Below are positions 24,901-38,009 of a DNA stretch of 64,000 nucleotides, one piece after another. The notes under the pieces were generated by a model. The model worked only from the letters and a program-made list of their open reading frames with translations. It did not search any database and was not told the origin of the DNA. How positions within the stretch are numbered: position 1 is the first letter of the stretch; the number at the start of each line of letters is the position of its first letter. The position numbers and the translations under genes were made by a program. Source of the DNA: Lingula anatina (taxonomy: Eukaryota; Animalia; Brachiopoda); contig CM120640.1 in the NCBI GenBank assembly GCA_051362555.1, positions 48,524,788 to 48,588,787 on the forward strand. Reading direction: 5' to 3'.

Positions 24901-25471
24901 AGACACTCCAAGAAAAGGATTGGAGCTGAGCCTATAATATGTACCTTTTCCTTAGCTTTAACTTTAGATTTATTATTGGGTGTTGGTATTCCGTTTACTA
25001 TAGGGACAATAAAACAGGGAGCAAACACAGGGCTATACCAAATGACAGTAAGTACCAAACTGTTTTTAGTTATACTATTAGATAGCATAAAACTTCTTCA
25101 TCTTTCCCATCAAGGTGATGCTTGCTATGAAAATCATGATTTAAGTTATTAAGCCGAGTTTTCACATGACATTATTGATTTAAATTAAATCCAGTGTTTT
25201 CTGTAAATATTTCTAATTATAAAACTTGTTCATTGTTATCATTATAATTATTTTTCCATAGGTGGTGCTATCACTGCAAGAAATTGTACTGGCAGCATCT
25301 CTATGCTTCAGCTTGCTGTCATCATTCATACTCCTTCCGATTCTCCGGTTCCGAATTGGCAAGTGTTATTCCATATATTTGTGGTCTCTCTATGTGGCAT
25401 TCTTGGTAATAGCTTTATTAGTTGAAACTGGGGTATTGACAGCAGATGTGAATGCTTGGGCTAGTCACTAA
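15963..25471 (+). CDS. SLC8B1: Sodium/calcium(lithium) exchanger NCLX, CCX family (17 coding exons, 667 aa)
   Basis: Exons: 15963-16169, 17427-17579, 19282-19334, 19739-19796, 20434-20545, 20910-21077, 21261-21359, 21744-21884, 22281-22376, 22810-22949, 23162-23294, 23562-23680, 24198-24275, 24475-24550, 24712-24792, 24968-25047, 25262-25471 (2004 nt, frame intact). Alpha-1 repeat SHNIAGVTLLAFGNGAPD, alpha-2 repeat GLTLLAWGNSIGD..ACFGGPLFN, ERPFLRDIGFY and WNRPLN are characteristic of NCLX/CCX. Confidence 0.94.
18058..18232. mobile_element. Degenerate MITE-like foldback in NCLX intron 2
   Basis: Imperfect ~40-bp inverted repeats: GGGACTCTCGTTGAATGCAG..TTAACAGATTAACA / TGTTAATCTGTTAA..TTGCATTCAATAAGAGTCCC. 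Confidence 0.55.
18435..18692. mobile_element. 258-bp dispersed double-hairpin element, copy A
   Basis: Near-identical to 43976-44233 with only a couple of substitutions, and CpG-rich inside a CpG-poor intron, so probably recent. Contains the stem TAAACCACGGC/GCCGTGGTTTA and a long hairpin AGATACAA..GTCGCCGAGCTGTACGTGAAA / TTTCACGTACAGCTCGGCGAC..TTGTATCT. Confidence 0.8.
19797..20433 (+). other. U12-type (minor) intron with AT-AA termini, NCLX intron 4
   Basis: 5' splice site ATATCCTTT at 19797 and branch point TCCTTAAC at 20417-20424. Only an AA acceptor at 20432-20433 restores the conserved ...SHNIA|GVTLLAFGNGAPD. Confidence 0.85.
24793..24967 (+). other. U12-type (minor) GT-AG intron, NCLX intron 15
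   Basis: 5' splice site GTATCCTTT; branch-point-like TTCCTTAGC at 24948-24956; AG at 24966-24967. Splicing joins GGPLF-N-LLLGVG in frame. Confidence 0.85.
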
Positions 25472-28400
25472 TGGAGGAGGATGGGTATTTTGATATATTT
25501 TGCTAATTCTATATCAATCTGAAACTGTAAGGGAGATTGATATAAGTGAAATGTTTTTTGTTTGTCTCAATTGAAATGTATGTGAGATATTGAAGCATTC
25601 ATTAACATATCCCTGGTATCAATAAAATGTATTGTGCAATTGGTATTTTTTTTATATGATCAAGTTGATAAATTGTTTGTATTGTAATTATTATTTCATG
25701 CTGATTTAGTGTCACATTTGTTTGATGCAGTTTTTGTAAAAGATGTTAGATATTCATACTGTTGAAATCCATGTTATCACTCATTGCTCCATATGTGACA
25801 TCATGTGGTTAATTTAGATCCCAATCTGTTGATGGTGTAAAACTCCATAGAGTAAGTGGGTTAAGTTTGTTTTTTCCATATTTTACCATAACTTAAAGTA
25901 TAATGAACATTATGGCTGGACCAGTTACGTAATGATTAAAATTTTTCAGATAATTAACCAACAGTTTATTTTAATAACAGTTTAAAAATGTCAGGAATAT
26001 TTAGTAAATCCAGAAGGCTATAACTGTAGTATTATATATTAAGATATAATTATTGTAATATTTTGATAAAAAGATATTTTGTGTACAAGTTAAGATACTC
26101 TGCTGGTCCCTGTTGTACCTGTATGTGTGCCAGTATGTGTTCTGGTCATGTTGACTTATGTATGCTTAAGGGTATAATCTAGTGCTATATTGTACGTTGA
26201 CATATCTTATCATGTACGTTTTTTTTTTTTTTTACAAAATTTTCTTCTGCACTTCTTGAACCAAATTGGTAACAAATGATAAAAAGTATAAAATCCATGT
26301 CAGAAACTGTATGGGCACAGGTAAATAAATTGAATCTATATTACATGGTGGTTAAATGCACAAAGCTTTTGGTTTTGTCATTTAACTCAGTTTAGAAGAC
26401 ACTGGTAGACAGTCCTTGTCAGAGCATCTCCTGCAGAAGAATAGTGCCCAGAATAACAATTCTATTAAAACTAGGGAAATTGACTGAAACTGCAAATGGT
26501 AGGATAAAATTACATTAACTTTTTATTAATGCATTATTTCTAAACTTTGAAAAAGTTGATGCAATGTGAAAAAATACTCAAAAGGAAAACAGCCAGGTGA
26601 ACAACTGCATCACCTGCATCAAGCCTCATTGGAAGTGATTGAAAACTAGCACTTGGATGGACAACGTGTTGATGCATCTTTTTTTTATTTGTAAAATGAT
26701 TGTATCAAAAGGTAACAAAGAAGAAGCACATAAACTACTTATAAAGGTCTGATTGACAACTAGATTTTCTTAATAACATTCTTTCCATAATACGATGCCA
26801 GGGTACCCCCTTACTTTATGAGGGAAGTATGCAAAGAGATATATATACCTCTGAATTGCCTGACATAACCAATAATTCCTTCAGAAATTCAACATTACAA
26901 TAACCTAAATGAAGCCAGTGACATAATGTACAAAAGTTGTGTGAATAGTTTTTTGCTATATCCTTCCGATAAAATAATGATCTTTAAGGGAGCTTATGAT
27001 CAAAAATGTAGTGCTGTGATTACAAACTTTTTTTTTACTTTTGAACATGATATTTCGAATAGTAGGTAGACTTTGATGCAAATTCATAATATTTATGTTA
27101 TAATAAGTTTTTTCCCTTATTTAATTATCTCATGACAAGTTGGGGGTAAAGTATGCAGAATCACGCTATTCTTAACCACATAACTTTGTACACGATTAAA
27201 GATGTACTCTCATAACAAGATTCTGCAATATCAGTTTTTTATGTATATCCTTTCACATTTACCTAGGTATATTTTCTGCTTTGCCATGTTCATATGAATT
27301 GAACCTTACATGTTTATACGCTGGTATAACATACGTAGTCATTTCTTTGTTAACCTATTATAACGACTTGGGGAACAATGGAAATAAACTATTCAGGCAT
27401 GTGACCAGCAATTAGAATTTAGAATTAGGGTTCTTTTTCTGAGAAAGTGAACTTTTTTACCCAAGTAGTTGACCAAACTTGAGGAACGACAAAGGACCTG
27501 GATGAGACAAAATCTGGATTCAGAGTGGACATTTTCCTGCAAAAAGGCAGTTCTTTTGACCCCCCCCCTCCGAAACACCCTGCCTAGCGGTACAGACCTG
27601 CTATCATAATAAGTATAAATCCTGTACAATTTGAATATACACGTACCTGTAAAGATGTTGATAATATTATTCGATTATTATACTTTCATTCAATAAGGAA
27701 CCATATATCACTTCTAAATGCTTATTATTTATTACAGTTTAAAATCCTATGCTATGAAAACTGTAATAATAAGATTGTTATATTTTATCACGGCATTTAT
27801 GCATTGTGAACTTGGCACGTCATTAACAAGTATCACATATATTTACATTATGTTGAAGGCCGTTCCAATATGTGAATTTGTTAAAATTGATTTGAATAAA
27901 AGAAAGCATCAGTTGGGTTGGGTTTCCTTTCAGATTTATTTTACTGTTCGATTTTTTTCAGTTTGTGTTCGTCGTCAAATGAATATCAAATAAAGGATTG
28001 TCATCAGATATAAGCATCATCAATAACTGGTTTAAAAATTAATCGTCAATAAAATTGTGTTTCAAAGCATCATGTACTTAAACGATTCTGTATTTTCTAC
28101 CCTTACCCTACTATTATCGCTCATACAAAGATTTTTCAGTATTGCCTTGCTATGACGCCTGTGTTCTCTACGCCCGTTTTCGTTCTGCCTTGGAATCCGA
28201 AGACTATCGAGTGCAATTTTACAAAAAAAAAAAGTTTTGATTTTGCCTTATACAGTAAGTGATTTATCGATATTAAACAATCAAAATTTGGAAATTCTGT
28301 TCATTTTGTTACTAAATGTGATCACGTGACTTTACAAATTATAAACGTTAAGAATCGGGGAGGGGGGGGGTTTGGTCCTTGGGTATCAAAAGAACAAATA

Positions 28401-28539
28401 GGCCACTTTTCGGAGGGCAGTGTTAATATGAATGATTAATCTTATGAAACCATTTATAAGCGTAAAGCCTTATTCTGCAGACAAAGTAAATGAAATATGG
28501 CATAAAAAAACAATATGGTATCTATGTACAATATGTCAA

Positions 28540-28545
28540 TTTATT
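28540..28545 (-). terminator. Candidate polyadenylation signal of the Hv gene
   Basis: AATAAA on the minus strand ~1.2 kb downstream of the stop at 29731, followed by U/GU-rich sequence. Confidence 0.4.
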
Positions 28546-29377
28546 AATCAATATAAAATTGCATCGCTTTAATTCTCAGAAACAGTAAGTTGTGCATCAT
28601 ATACAAACATCATGTGTACAAATTTATACGTTGGTTATTAAAGTAGTATGAATGCATTAAACTACGCGTGTTTCAATATACAATATGTGTCAATATAAAT
28701 GATTTCATATTTGTGTTCTAATGGATGTAATTCAATATATATATACATGTATGTGGGCGTGTATACGCATTAGTGCTGCGTGCCAGCAATCATTTATCAC
28801 AAAATTTCCCCTTTCCACATACTTTTGTTAGTATTTGACGAAACCGTCATTTTAAAGTTAGTTTGGTGCATTTCAATATGGCATGGTAGCACGAATGCCG
28901 AAGTGATAATGTGAGTGGGAGTGAAGGTGGTGACGATGCATGGATCTGGGCCTGATGGTGTTTTATCCTGAAGGAGGGAGAGTGATATCACTCTACATGG
29001 CAGTGGAATGAGGTGTGGAGTGAGGGGGGTAGGCCTATAGTTGTGCAGTAAATGGAGTGGGAATGAAGATGCCATGTTATCTGGTTGTATGCTTACTATG
29101 ACGATGAAATGATGGTTAACTCTGGAATCGTCAGTTATGTCAGACATGTTAAGTATAAGATACCTTAAACTAAATTTTGTATGTGTTAGATGTGTACTTT
29201 TGACGGCCATATGCACAGCTGTTGATGATTAAGTTTTTAAAATCCAAATCAATAGCTAATGGAGCATCACTGACTGCAGTCTGACAAAATAATGCATTTC
29301 ACATTTTGTACTGAGGTTTGATATCTTAAACCATTTAACGATTAATCAAAAATGATCATGTCATGTTTTTTTCTAAC

Positions 29378-29416
<39 letters not shown>

Positions 29417-29730
29417 GTGTATGGCATGGCAGAGTTAAAATACACATACCCTGAGTTCTCAGAATATTTTGAATTAATGTTCTTTGTATGCTATTTCACT
29501 AAACCCTTGCCACTGCAAAGAGTCCTCACACGGCAGGGTGAATAAAAGACGAGAATGTGAAAAACTCTGAAAAGTATTTGATCACAGAATATCATAAGAA
29601 TCTTGACCGTAAAATCCAATGCAAAGAATTTACGTAAACGTTCGCTTTGCAAATGGAAGACCAATATAGTGAAAAATATTATTTATAAATATATAACTTT
29701 TTCTGCATTGGCATATCACTTTTGCGTCGT

Positions 29731-32700
29731 TCACATCCCATTGCTTATCACATCTCCGTTGGTGAGTATTGTGGCGTTCTTGGCTGCAACGTTGTTCAAC
29801 TTATTACAGTCGCTGGGTGTTTGTGTATCAGATTTTTGCTGCAAGTTCTCACTTCTGTCGACTTCTCCTGGCGGATGTGTCGGGGTTGGTTCTCCAGACG
29901 TCGGAAGCGTTCCCTGGTCGTCACATGAGCTCATATTTTGGTCATCAACGGATGAAGTTCGCTTTAAGGCACCACGTGACCTGGTGGACTGCTGAGATGG
30001 AAGAGTGCCATTTCTTTCATTCAGATCCTGAGTCTTCGATTTCTGTGCCTGAGGGGAAGGTTGAGGTGGAGCAGGCGACGATATTTTATCGTCTGTAGCG
30101 CTACATTCATTTTTACCGTTAGGGTTGGCAACAATATCTGCATCATTTTCTCTGTGATCCTCCATATCTATTTTGACATCATTCAAAGCAGATGCTTCTT
30201 TAGTCTTCCCAGAGGGGCTAGAGATATTGGTATCCACAGGGTCGGGTTTAACTGATCCAGTGACGGTTGTCTCATTCTCTTTACTGTCTTTCGTGTTCAT
30301 CTGAGACGCCTTTCCCTTCAGTGGAGACAGCATAAATGGGTTGATTCTGTTGCTGTTGTCATCTTCGATAACCTCTTCACTTTCAGTGATTTGAGCCATC
30401 TGTTCGTTCTTGGCAACATTTTCTCTGCAAAAAAGTGTGCGATTACTTCACACGTTTGAGACAATGCTTCTATTGGTAAATTTGTAAATTTTCACAGTAA
30501 AACGAAGGTATAAGCCTCCCAACTATATCATATTTATATATTTAACAACATCAAATAGATGAATGTATGGAAAGAAAGAAAAAATTCTGGCTATCAGTAT
30601 AGGAAAAAACGTACATATCTTTATATAAATGGCTCATACATACTTGCTAGCAAAGTGGTGCATCATGGACATCGAGGCACATAACATGGAGGAGATGCCT
30701 TCCTTGGCGGTAACGTTTTTGTGAACCGAAGCTAAGTTGAAAAATACAAAAATAATAATTATCACTTTTTACATTCAAAATTTAAAAAATGGAGAAGTCA
30801 AATAAAGGTTCACACAAAAAACAGAGCATATTACTTAAAAACATCATCAAAAGAACATAAATTTTCTTAGATAATAAACCACAGCACTTTTCATTGTTGG
30901 TTTGTGCAACATGTTTTAAAGCTATTTCTTTCCATTTATAAATCAAGGAGTTACAATCAGATAAAAGAATTACAATTACCTTTAGGTTTACAGTTGAGCA
31001 CTTCGTGATTTTTGGCGCCATATTTGGAGGCAAGTGATCGCAGACTATCTAGTTCTTTCTGCAAGTGTCAAGTGAAGAGTGTTTCAAGGACATCATTCAA
31101 ATTAAGCAACTTTAAATGTGACATACGTCTTACACGAGTGAAGTGGTTAATAATCCAAAACGTCTGGTACATGTACGTGATGAAAAGAATATTATTTAAA
31201 CAATTTAACAAATTTGAGACACACAGAAAAGTCAGCGAGAGACTCAAATTAGATTTTTAAAATAAGAAAAATTTACCTCCATGAAACCAATTCTAACATC
31301 CAAATCAGAAATTTTGGCTTCGGCGCGTTTTCTGGCCCTCATCTGGAGTGTCAGTCTAAACTTGAGTCTCTTCCTCGACGTCACCAAGAAACCTTTAAAT
31401 GATATAAGAACAATATAATAAATTATTTTACCAAACCACTGACTACCACACCTACAAAGAATATAATACCTACAAAGAATATAATATTTCAAACGTGTAG
31501 AGGAGAGTAATTAAATCACAATGGTCAACAGAAACCCTACCAAATTTACTTAAAGAATTCGCTTTATAGGCTTAGTATGCGTTAGACTTTTAAAACATTC
31601 AGAATAAATACCGTTGAATACACGCAGCATTCTCCACATAAGGAAGAAGATAAGGAGAGAGGCAGCGTCCACCCCAGAGCGTCCACCCAGCCCGTCGTAG
31701 AAAATAACATCCACTGTGAAGGATATGATAATGATGATGCCATCTACTAGCTGCAAAAAAAAAGAAATTTGTTGCAATGCTATTGACTTGTTCGTAAAAA
31801 ATGTCTTAAATAGGTACCATAAAAATACCTGTCCACGAAAAGGTAAAATAAATCAATCCTAGAAAATCTAAGGTACTAAGGTTACAAGTGGCATCGTTAT
31901 TCTTATTGCCGAGACCATTTTCTCTTAAATAGTTTCCATGTAGCAACTCACCTCCATTTTCTTCCTGAAGTACGAAAGGCGCAAAGCGTAACACTTCAAA
32001 ATGACCTAAAATCACAATTAATTTCATGTGAAGAGTGTAACAAACGATGTGCTTTAAACTAGGATTACACGTTAAGAACTTTTAGGTCTGATATGGTGTA
32101 GTTGAAAGGGGACATGTGGAATTTTTTCAAAAGTCAAAATATTGAACATGCAGATCCAAAAAAGGGCGCCCCTTCCTTTCCTTCTTCTTACCCAGTCACC
32201 CTCTTTCTCAAAGGACGGGAAGACACATTCTTGGGCAAACAGAACTATGTTCCATAGCTTTAATTACTTTTGGGAAGAATAGTTAGGGACAAAATAGTTA
32301 AACTTTTTTATGCCCCATACAATTCTTGATATCTAGACGCGCCAGCAAATTAACTTAAAGAACTCATTCGTCTATAAAGATCATATTACTTAACAAAATG
32401 GCGCCATACGCAATGTACACAGTACAACCAAATATGCAAATTATCCTTGTTGGAATATCAACCCATCATCAACATATGACGTACCTCCACCAAGAAAATC
32501 CCCAGTATAACAATACTGCTGATATGCAGGGCATGTGCTACGTTTTCTATAAGGCTATGTCCTCCATGTCCGTCTCCGTGTGCATCTTTGGAGTGACTCT
32601 CATTAGCAGCTAATTTATCTGAAGATACATGGACCTCTAATGTACTATCGTTATCACCCTGTGTTTCCTCTTTGTACAGTAGTCTACGTAAAAAGATTCC

Positions 32701-35700
32701 GCCTTCGGCGCTGGACGATCCCATAACAGTTTCTGCGCCCTCTTGGACAGCATCAAGTAGATGGGCGACAGAGCTTAAATCTCGCTTGTGAACGCTATGG
32801 CTGGACGAACCGTGCGAGCTGTTGGTCTCGCCATGAAGAGAGTTGATGATATCGCTCAAGGTGACATCCGCACCGTGCACGTGTGCCAGGGCACCCGGCA
32901 TTCTGGAGTCAATGGCATCAATCAGCTTGCTGATGTCCTCCTGATTGGCATTGCATTTCGCTAAAATCGAAATATTTCAGACTTAAGAGGTTGTCAATGT
33001 TACTTTCTGTTGTTAGAACAATGTAATTTTAATTTCCGTGTTAAAGCACACAATATATTAAATTCAGACAATGCATTCACCGCTCCTTGTATATTTTAAG
33101 TTTTCTTTAAATAGAGAGAGAATGCTTATAAGTATTATTGCACTTCTTTTAATGCGTAAAAATGAGTGTTATCCAACAATTGATGCCACGTAGCCATTTA
33201 ACGTAGTCGGTTTGCATACGCCAATTGACTCTACGTTCAGAGACCATCTCATATGAACAACACGATCATGCCAATATTTCAATATTTTAAATAAGCTCAA
33301 AAATACATGGGCATCAAGCATGAACAGGTAAGACTGGACAAATCTCTGCTATATGCAGTAAGTGTAGAGACACACTCAGTCATCTCACCAATCTACATGG
33401 AGCTTACCTTGCACTATATGGACGTCCAGCATGAGCAATGACACCATGAGAACGGCATCAATCAGGACCAGAATGCAGATTGCGACCTGGATAGGGTTGC
33501 TTTCCAATACCTCAACCAGCTTTTCATGGCATCTGAAATGGAAGGAAATTCCCTGTTGGTTTATTTTTAAAAAAGCGAAAGAACAGTGCAGCGTATTCAA
33601 GCAGTTTGTATATAGTTGAATCAAAACATGCCCTATGCAATAATTGAATTTACAATGTGAGATTTATCAAATGTATTTTCTATTCGTTTAGCGATCTTTG
33701 ATGTATCAATTTCAAATCTAATCAACAATGAAATGAAAAAAAAAAAAAAAGAAACGGCACCGAAACAATAACGTGATATCACAAGAACATGTTCAGTCTG
33801 CAAGTGTGTGCCTTGAGTGGCCAATAAGTCTGGGCTTCGTCTTCTGTAATAGGTTATTAAAAATACACGCGTGTTACATTGGGACTGTTTTATTTCCTGT
33901 CTGACACTAAAAAGACTTCAACAGAACAAAATTGCGCAATTTCTTTTCTCCTGTCGATGAAGTTTGCGTTGCAAAATATCCCACGTATCTGGCAAAACTT
34001 GAGGGGCTCTTCCGATATTAGCAAGTCCAATTACATAGCCGAGATGTATGCGTTAATGGTCTGCCTAGGTGATCTTCGGGGCCAAGTCTACAAGGTCACA
34101 CTATCTGATACACTGATTTATTGATTGCATTATCCTACGTGGGTTTAAGTTATGTGGAAACATATTGATTAAACCGTTCCCCAAATATGCCAGTGTATTT
34201 TGTGGTCCGTTCTGCGGCAATATATCTCCCTTATTTCGTTATTTCAGTGCGAAATAATTGGTGAGGTTCTCTGTTGATATTGTGGATGAATTCTGTAGGA
34301 CTGAGTTCAATTAAGAAACATATGTGAAATGAAGTAGAATAAGTGTCCAATTGAAAAGATAACGACAAGAAAAACGCGCAATGTTCTTAAATGTGTACAA
34401 AATTTAGAGAAAATGACAGACTATCGGAAGCCGCCATGTTTTAGGCTGTCAATTAAATCCATATCAGAATACCAGAGAAAGGTTATTCTAGATATACGAT
34501 TGATTGTCTGTGCATCGAAAATTTTCATGAATAAGCGAAAAACTACAATCGCACATTAAACAAATTATAATGAAAAAAGTAAGCAAACACAAGAGAAAAA
34601 AAAAAGAAACAAAAAGAGTTTCTGAGTGTTTAAAGGCTACTAAAGCATCTATATGAAAAATTCGACATGGAAGGTATACTTGTGAAAATGCTCTCGTCCT
34701 CGAATTATGACTTTAATGTGATCAGTGTCCGCAGTATTTCATAAATGTCTGGTTGGACAAAGAAATTAACTTGCGTACAAAGTGCCCTAGTAACGTCATT
34801 TCCTAAGAGATTCTATATAACCTCATTTGCGTAGAACTAGACAGCAGGCTTTCTGTGCGTCGTTACTGGACACTATAAAATCAGTTTTACTGGCGGTAGG
34901 AGAAGATATACCAATATTAGACAAAATTACGATGTGCATGTATACGTCAGGGTAAGCTTAGTGCTGAGTTAATTACGGCCGGTGGGTATTTTATGCAGAG
35001 TGTACATTTGGTAAAGTTGTCAAATATTACGTTTTTTCTATTTAAAATGACATTCACATCTTGCGAAAGATGAAAATCAAACAAATCTGACAAATTGGCA
35101 AAATACGTCAGTCTTGATTAAACTCTTTTTAGAGGATTTATAACGAAATGCCCTTTAAGGAATATGTCAATGTCGGCTTCCATTAGGGTTACATCAATCT
35201 GAAGTGATCTGCATAACAAATATCTCAATCTTTCATAGGACATGACTTCAGTGAATTTTGCGTACACTTACTTTAACTTCAACATTAACTTACAAGTGCG
35301 ATAACTAAACGTAATAACAACTGTGATTAAATACTACATCAGGATATTCATGGGTGTTGTACTGTTATTCTATGGTCCACTCTACTTGTACCTTTTTGAC
35401 TCTTGTACAAAGTTTGCAGGGTCGTCCAGGCGACTGTAGTCCTTTCCGAGTTCAAACACCTCAAGCAGATCGTCAGTTTCTTCATATTCCGAGCGCGACG
35501 AATAAAGGCTCAAGGATGTGTTACAGGTCATCGTCATAACGTCATTCTCCGAAATAAGCGACTTTCCAAGTTTGAAAAAACATGTATGCAACATTGAAAA
35601 GCCGCGTGAAGTCCCTAAATTAGGATAGTACCTTCTCCTTGCTGCTACACGAACGTGATATTTACAACGGAAATCTTAAATGCGTAGCATTTTTTCAATG

Positions 35701-38009
35701 CTGAGGAATACTTTTTCGTTTCATTATTCCTGTAGCAATTATCCCTGGTAACTTCTCGGTAAGGCTCGGCTTCACTTTTTCATTGATTTTTGCCCACACG
35801 AGAGGTCTGAATCAGGTGAATATGCTACAGATTCTATGAACACGTGCGATGAAGCTGTTGAGCATAATGCTAATCAAACCAATCCGATTTCTGGGGATTT
35901 CGCCGGTCCATGTATTATTTCTCTGACCCAACAGCGATCATGAAGAGCAAGTGACATGAATCAGCGCAATGGCTACTTTTGTTATCCTTAATGATATGTC
36001 TTATCACTTCCAGGGCAACTGAAGTTGCTGTTACTTTGACTTATGTCTCCAATAACTCCTTCAGGGAATTGTCCTGTTGTTAATTGGGACTGTGACGTCA
36101 CTTTGCCATAGTGGATACTGCGTCACGTAAGGTTTTCAAGAGATTTCTCCTCTCATGGCTTGAGTCTGGAACGGCCACTACGCGTTTTCATAAACGGGGG
36201 CATTCCTTTAGATTAAGAAACAGTCAGGCGAATTTATTCCAGGGGGAAAGACCAGAATATATGTCTGTTAACGGAAGTATATCCTTGTATTCCGGGTAAA
36301 AGAGTGGATGAAAGGATTTAAGTCTGCGTCAAACTACTGCAAGGCTGCCTTAACAGTTCCCTCTAACCGAATTATTATTGCTATTTGGCAACTAGAACCT
36401 TGGCTAGACAAGCGGCTGGTACCCTGCTGGTTTTTAGGGTTTAAAAATAGTTGGACAATCCTCTATTTTTTGTTTGCTTGCTGTCATTTCTAGGAAAAAA
36501 AGTTTTATAAGAATAATAGGATAACTGAAAAGGCCTCCTCTTAAAGTATCATGCTGCGTTTAACCTTTTCTGTTGACTAAAAAATAACATGAAAATATGC
36601 ACCGTGGGTTTCGTGTATCTGTCGATTCAGTTGTGGTGTGAACCATCACACCAGCTAGTATATCACGACGGAGAAACTCCGTTATTGCTACTCGTACCAC
36701 TTCCTCAATCTTAGGCTTTTCTTAGAAAGAAAACAGCGTTCGTGTCACTATAAATGCCAACGCTGTAGTCTGGATTAAGTGATGTGCCCGCAAAAGTTCA
36801 CACAGGTAAAATACAAATTTCCATAATTAGCCACGTGCTTCTATTCCAGAAGATGAGGCTAGCAGGGGATTTGAAGGTTACAATAACAAACTTTTGTTAG
36901 AAAACACTTTTCTCTCAGCGAAATCACGTGAAATATAAGCAAGAAAAAAATCTATAGCTCTCGTAATATTGTAAGTGTCGTGTGAATCACTATAACAACA
37001 CAGCATAAATTCAAACCTGTGTGTTTTGTTATCGTCAGATATTTCCACAAAAATGAAAGGAAATCTTAGAACAACTTGGGTTTTTAAAACTTTGAAAACA
37101 AAATGTGCTTTATAAATCTTATATTCCCACCTGTCCTGACGCACCTCACAGTCCAAAATGAAATTAAATTAGTATTTATGACACTTTTTTCAAATAAGAG
37201 CATAGTCGATATCAAAGATTCTTAGCTAAGTTATCTGTAATTCAAACGCCTAGGTGATGATTCTCGTTTGTCGGCCAACTGGTGCCCCACAAGAGCCACA
37301 GGGCAGAATCGCATGGCAGTGCGAGTGGCAATTTTGCTTCCCCATGACTGGCACAGAACAATACTTAATGTTGGTGCGGCTAATTGGTGCTCCTCAACTG
37401 GTACAGTGCAGTATGCATACCACCACATCTTGGTATTGCCACTTCTTGTTCCACAATTGGTACAGTTCAGTACATGTATGTATGCCAACACATGAGGGTA
37501 TGGATAATTTTTTCACCTTAAGCCCACTTGCTGCCCTGATACTGGTACAGAACAATACTGGATGGCGGTACATCTTTCGATCACATAGTACAGCCCACAG
37601 CTTATGTAGCACAGATTGTCATTATCATTAGGCTATCGTTATTTGGTCGTGTATTGCACGGATACTGGTACAGATTAGTACGACATGGCAACATGGGCTT
37701 TTTTTAGGGTGCTGGCTCCCTTAAAGTGGTTAAGTTATGTTAAGTATCCCTGTATTTTTGTGAACTAAATCCTGAATGCCTTGACTTTACCCCCGTATGC
37801 CGTTGTGTTACAGGTCTGCTTTACTCTACAATATAATGTGTTCAACTATACTGCTTTTAAAAGGTATTGAATCTCATAAAAATACTTACGATTTCTCCGC
37901 TTGAGCCTGGGCTTCAATCTCAGTTTGTAGAATGTCATCGTCGATATTGTCATCTTCTAGCTCTTGTTCGAAACTTTTGTGCCGAAGAAAACTGAACTGG
38001 CTGCTCAAA
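29731..38009 (-). CDS. Voltage-gated proton channel (HVCN1 family; molluscan Hv3-like), constant exons; first exon(s) lie upstream
   Basis: Exons: 37890-38009, 33408-33532, 32485-32960, 31952-32005, 31612-31750, 31277-31392, 30980-31058, 30644-30731, 29731-30424; all GT-AG with matching phases. S1 QVAICILVLIDAVL (Asp at the Hv1 D112 position), S2 HISSIVILGIFLVEVILK, S3 ELVDGIIIIISFTVD, S4 LLIFFLMWRMLRVFNG, then a C-terminal coiled coil. No pore domain. Confidence 0.88.
35392..35594 (-). CDS. Candidate internal alternative first exon of the Hv gene (splices to S1 exon 33532)
   Basis: ATG-initiated acidic ORF (..SRSEYEETDDLLEVFELGKDYSRLDDPANFVQESK) ending AG|GTACAA in phase 2, which matches the S1 exon acceptor. 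Confidence 0.5.
37270..37711. repeat. Degenerate interspersed repeat with recurring ACTGGTACAG/GGCACAG motifs
   Basis: Locally GC-richer segment with repeated ACTGG(C/T)ACAG(AACAATAC) motifs, ending TTTTTTAGGGTG. Family not identified. Confidence 0.4.

Noticed and set aside
28797-29216. 139-aa minus-strand ORF
   Set aside because: It lies in the presumed Hv 3' UTR, is compositionally biased and has no recognisable motif.
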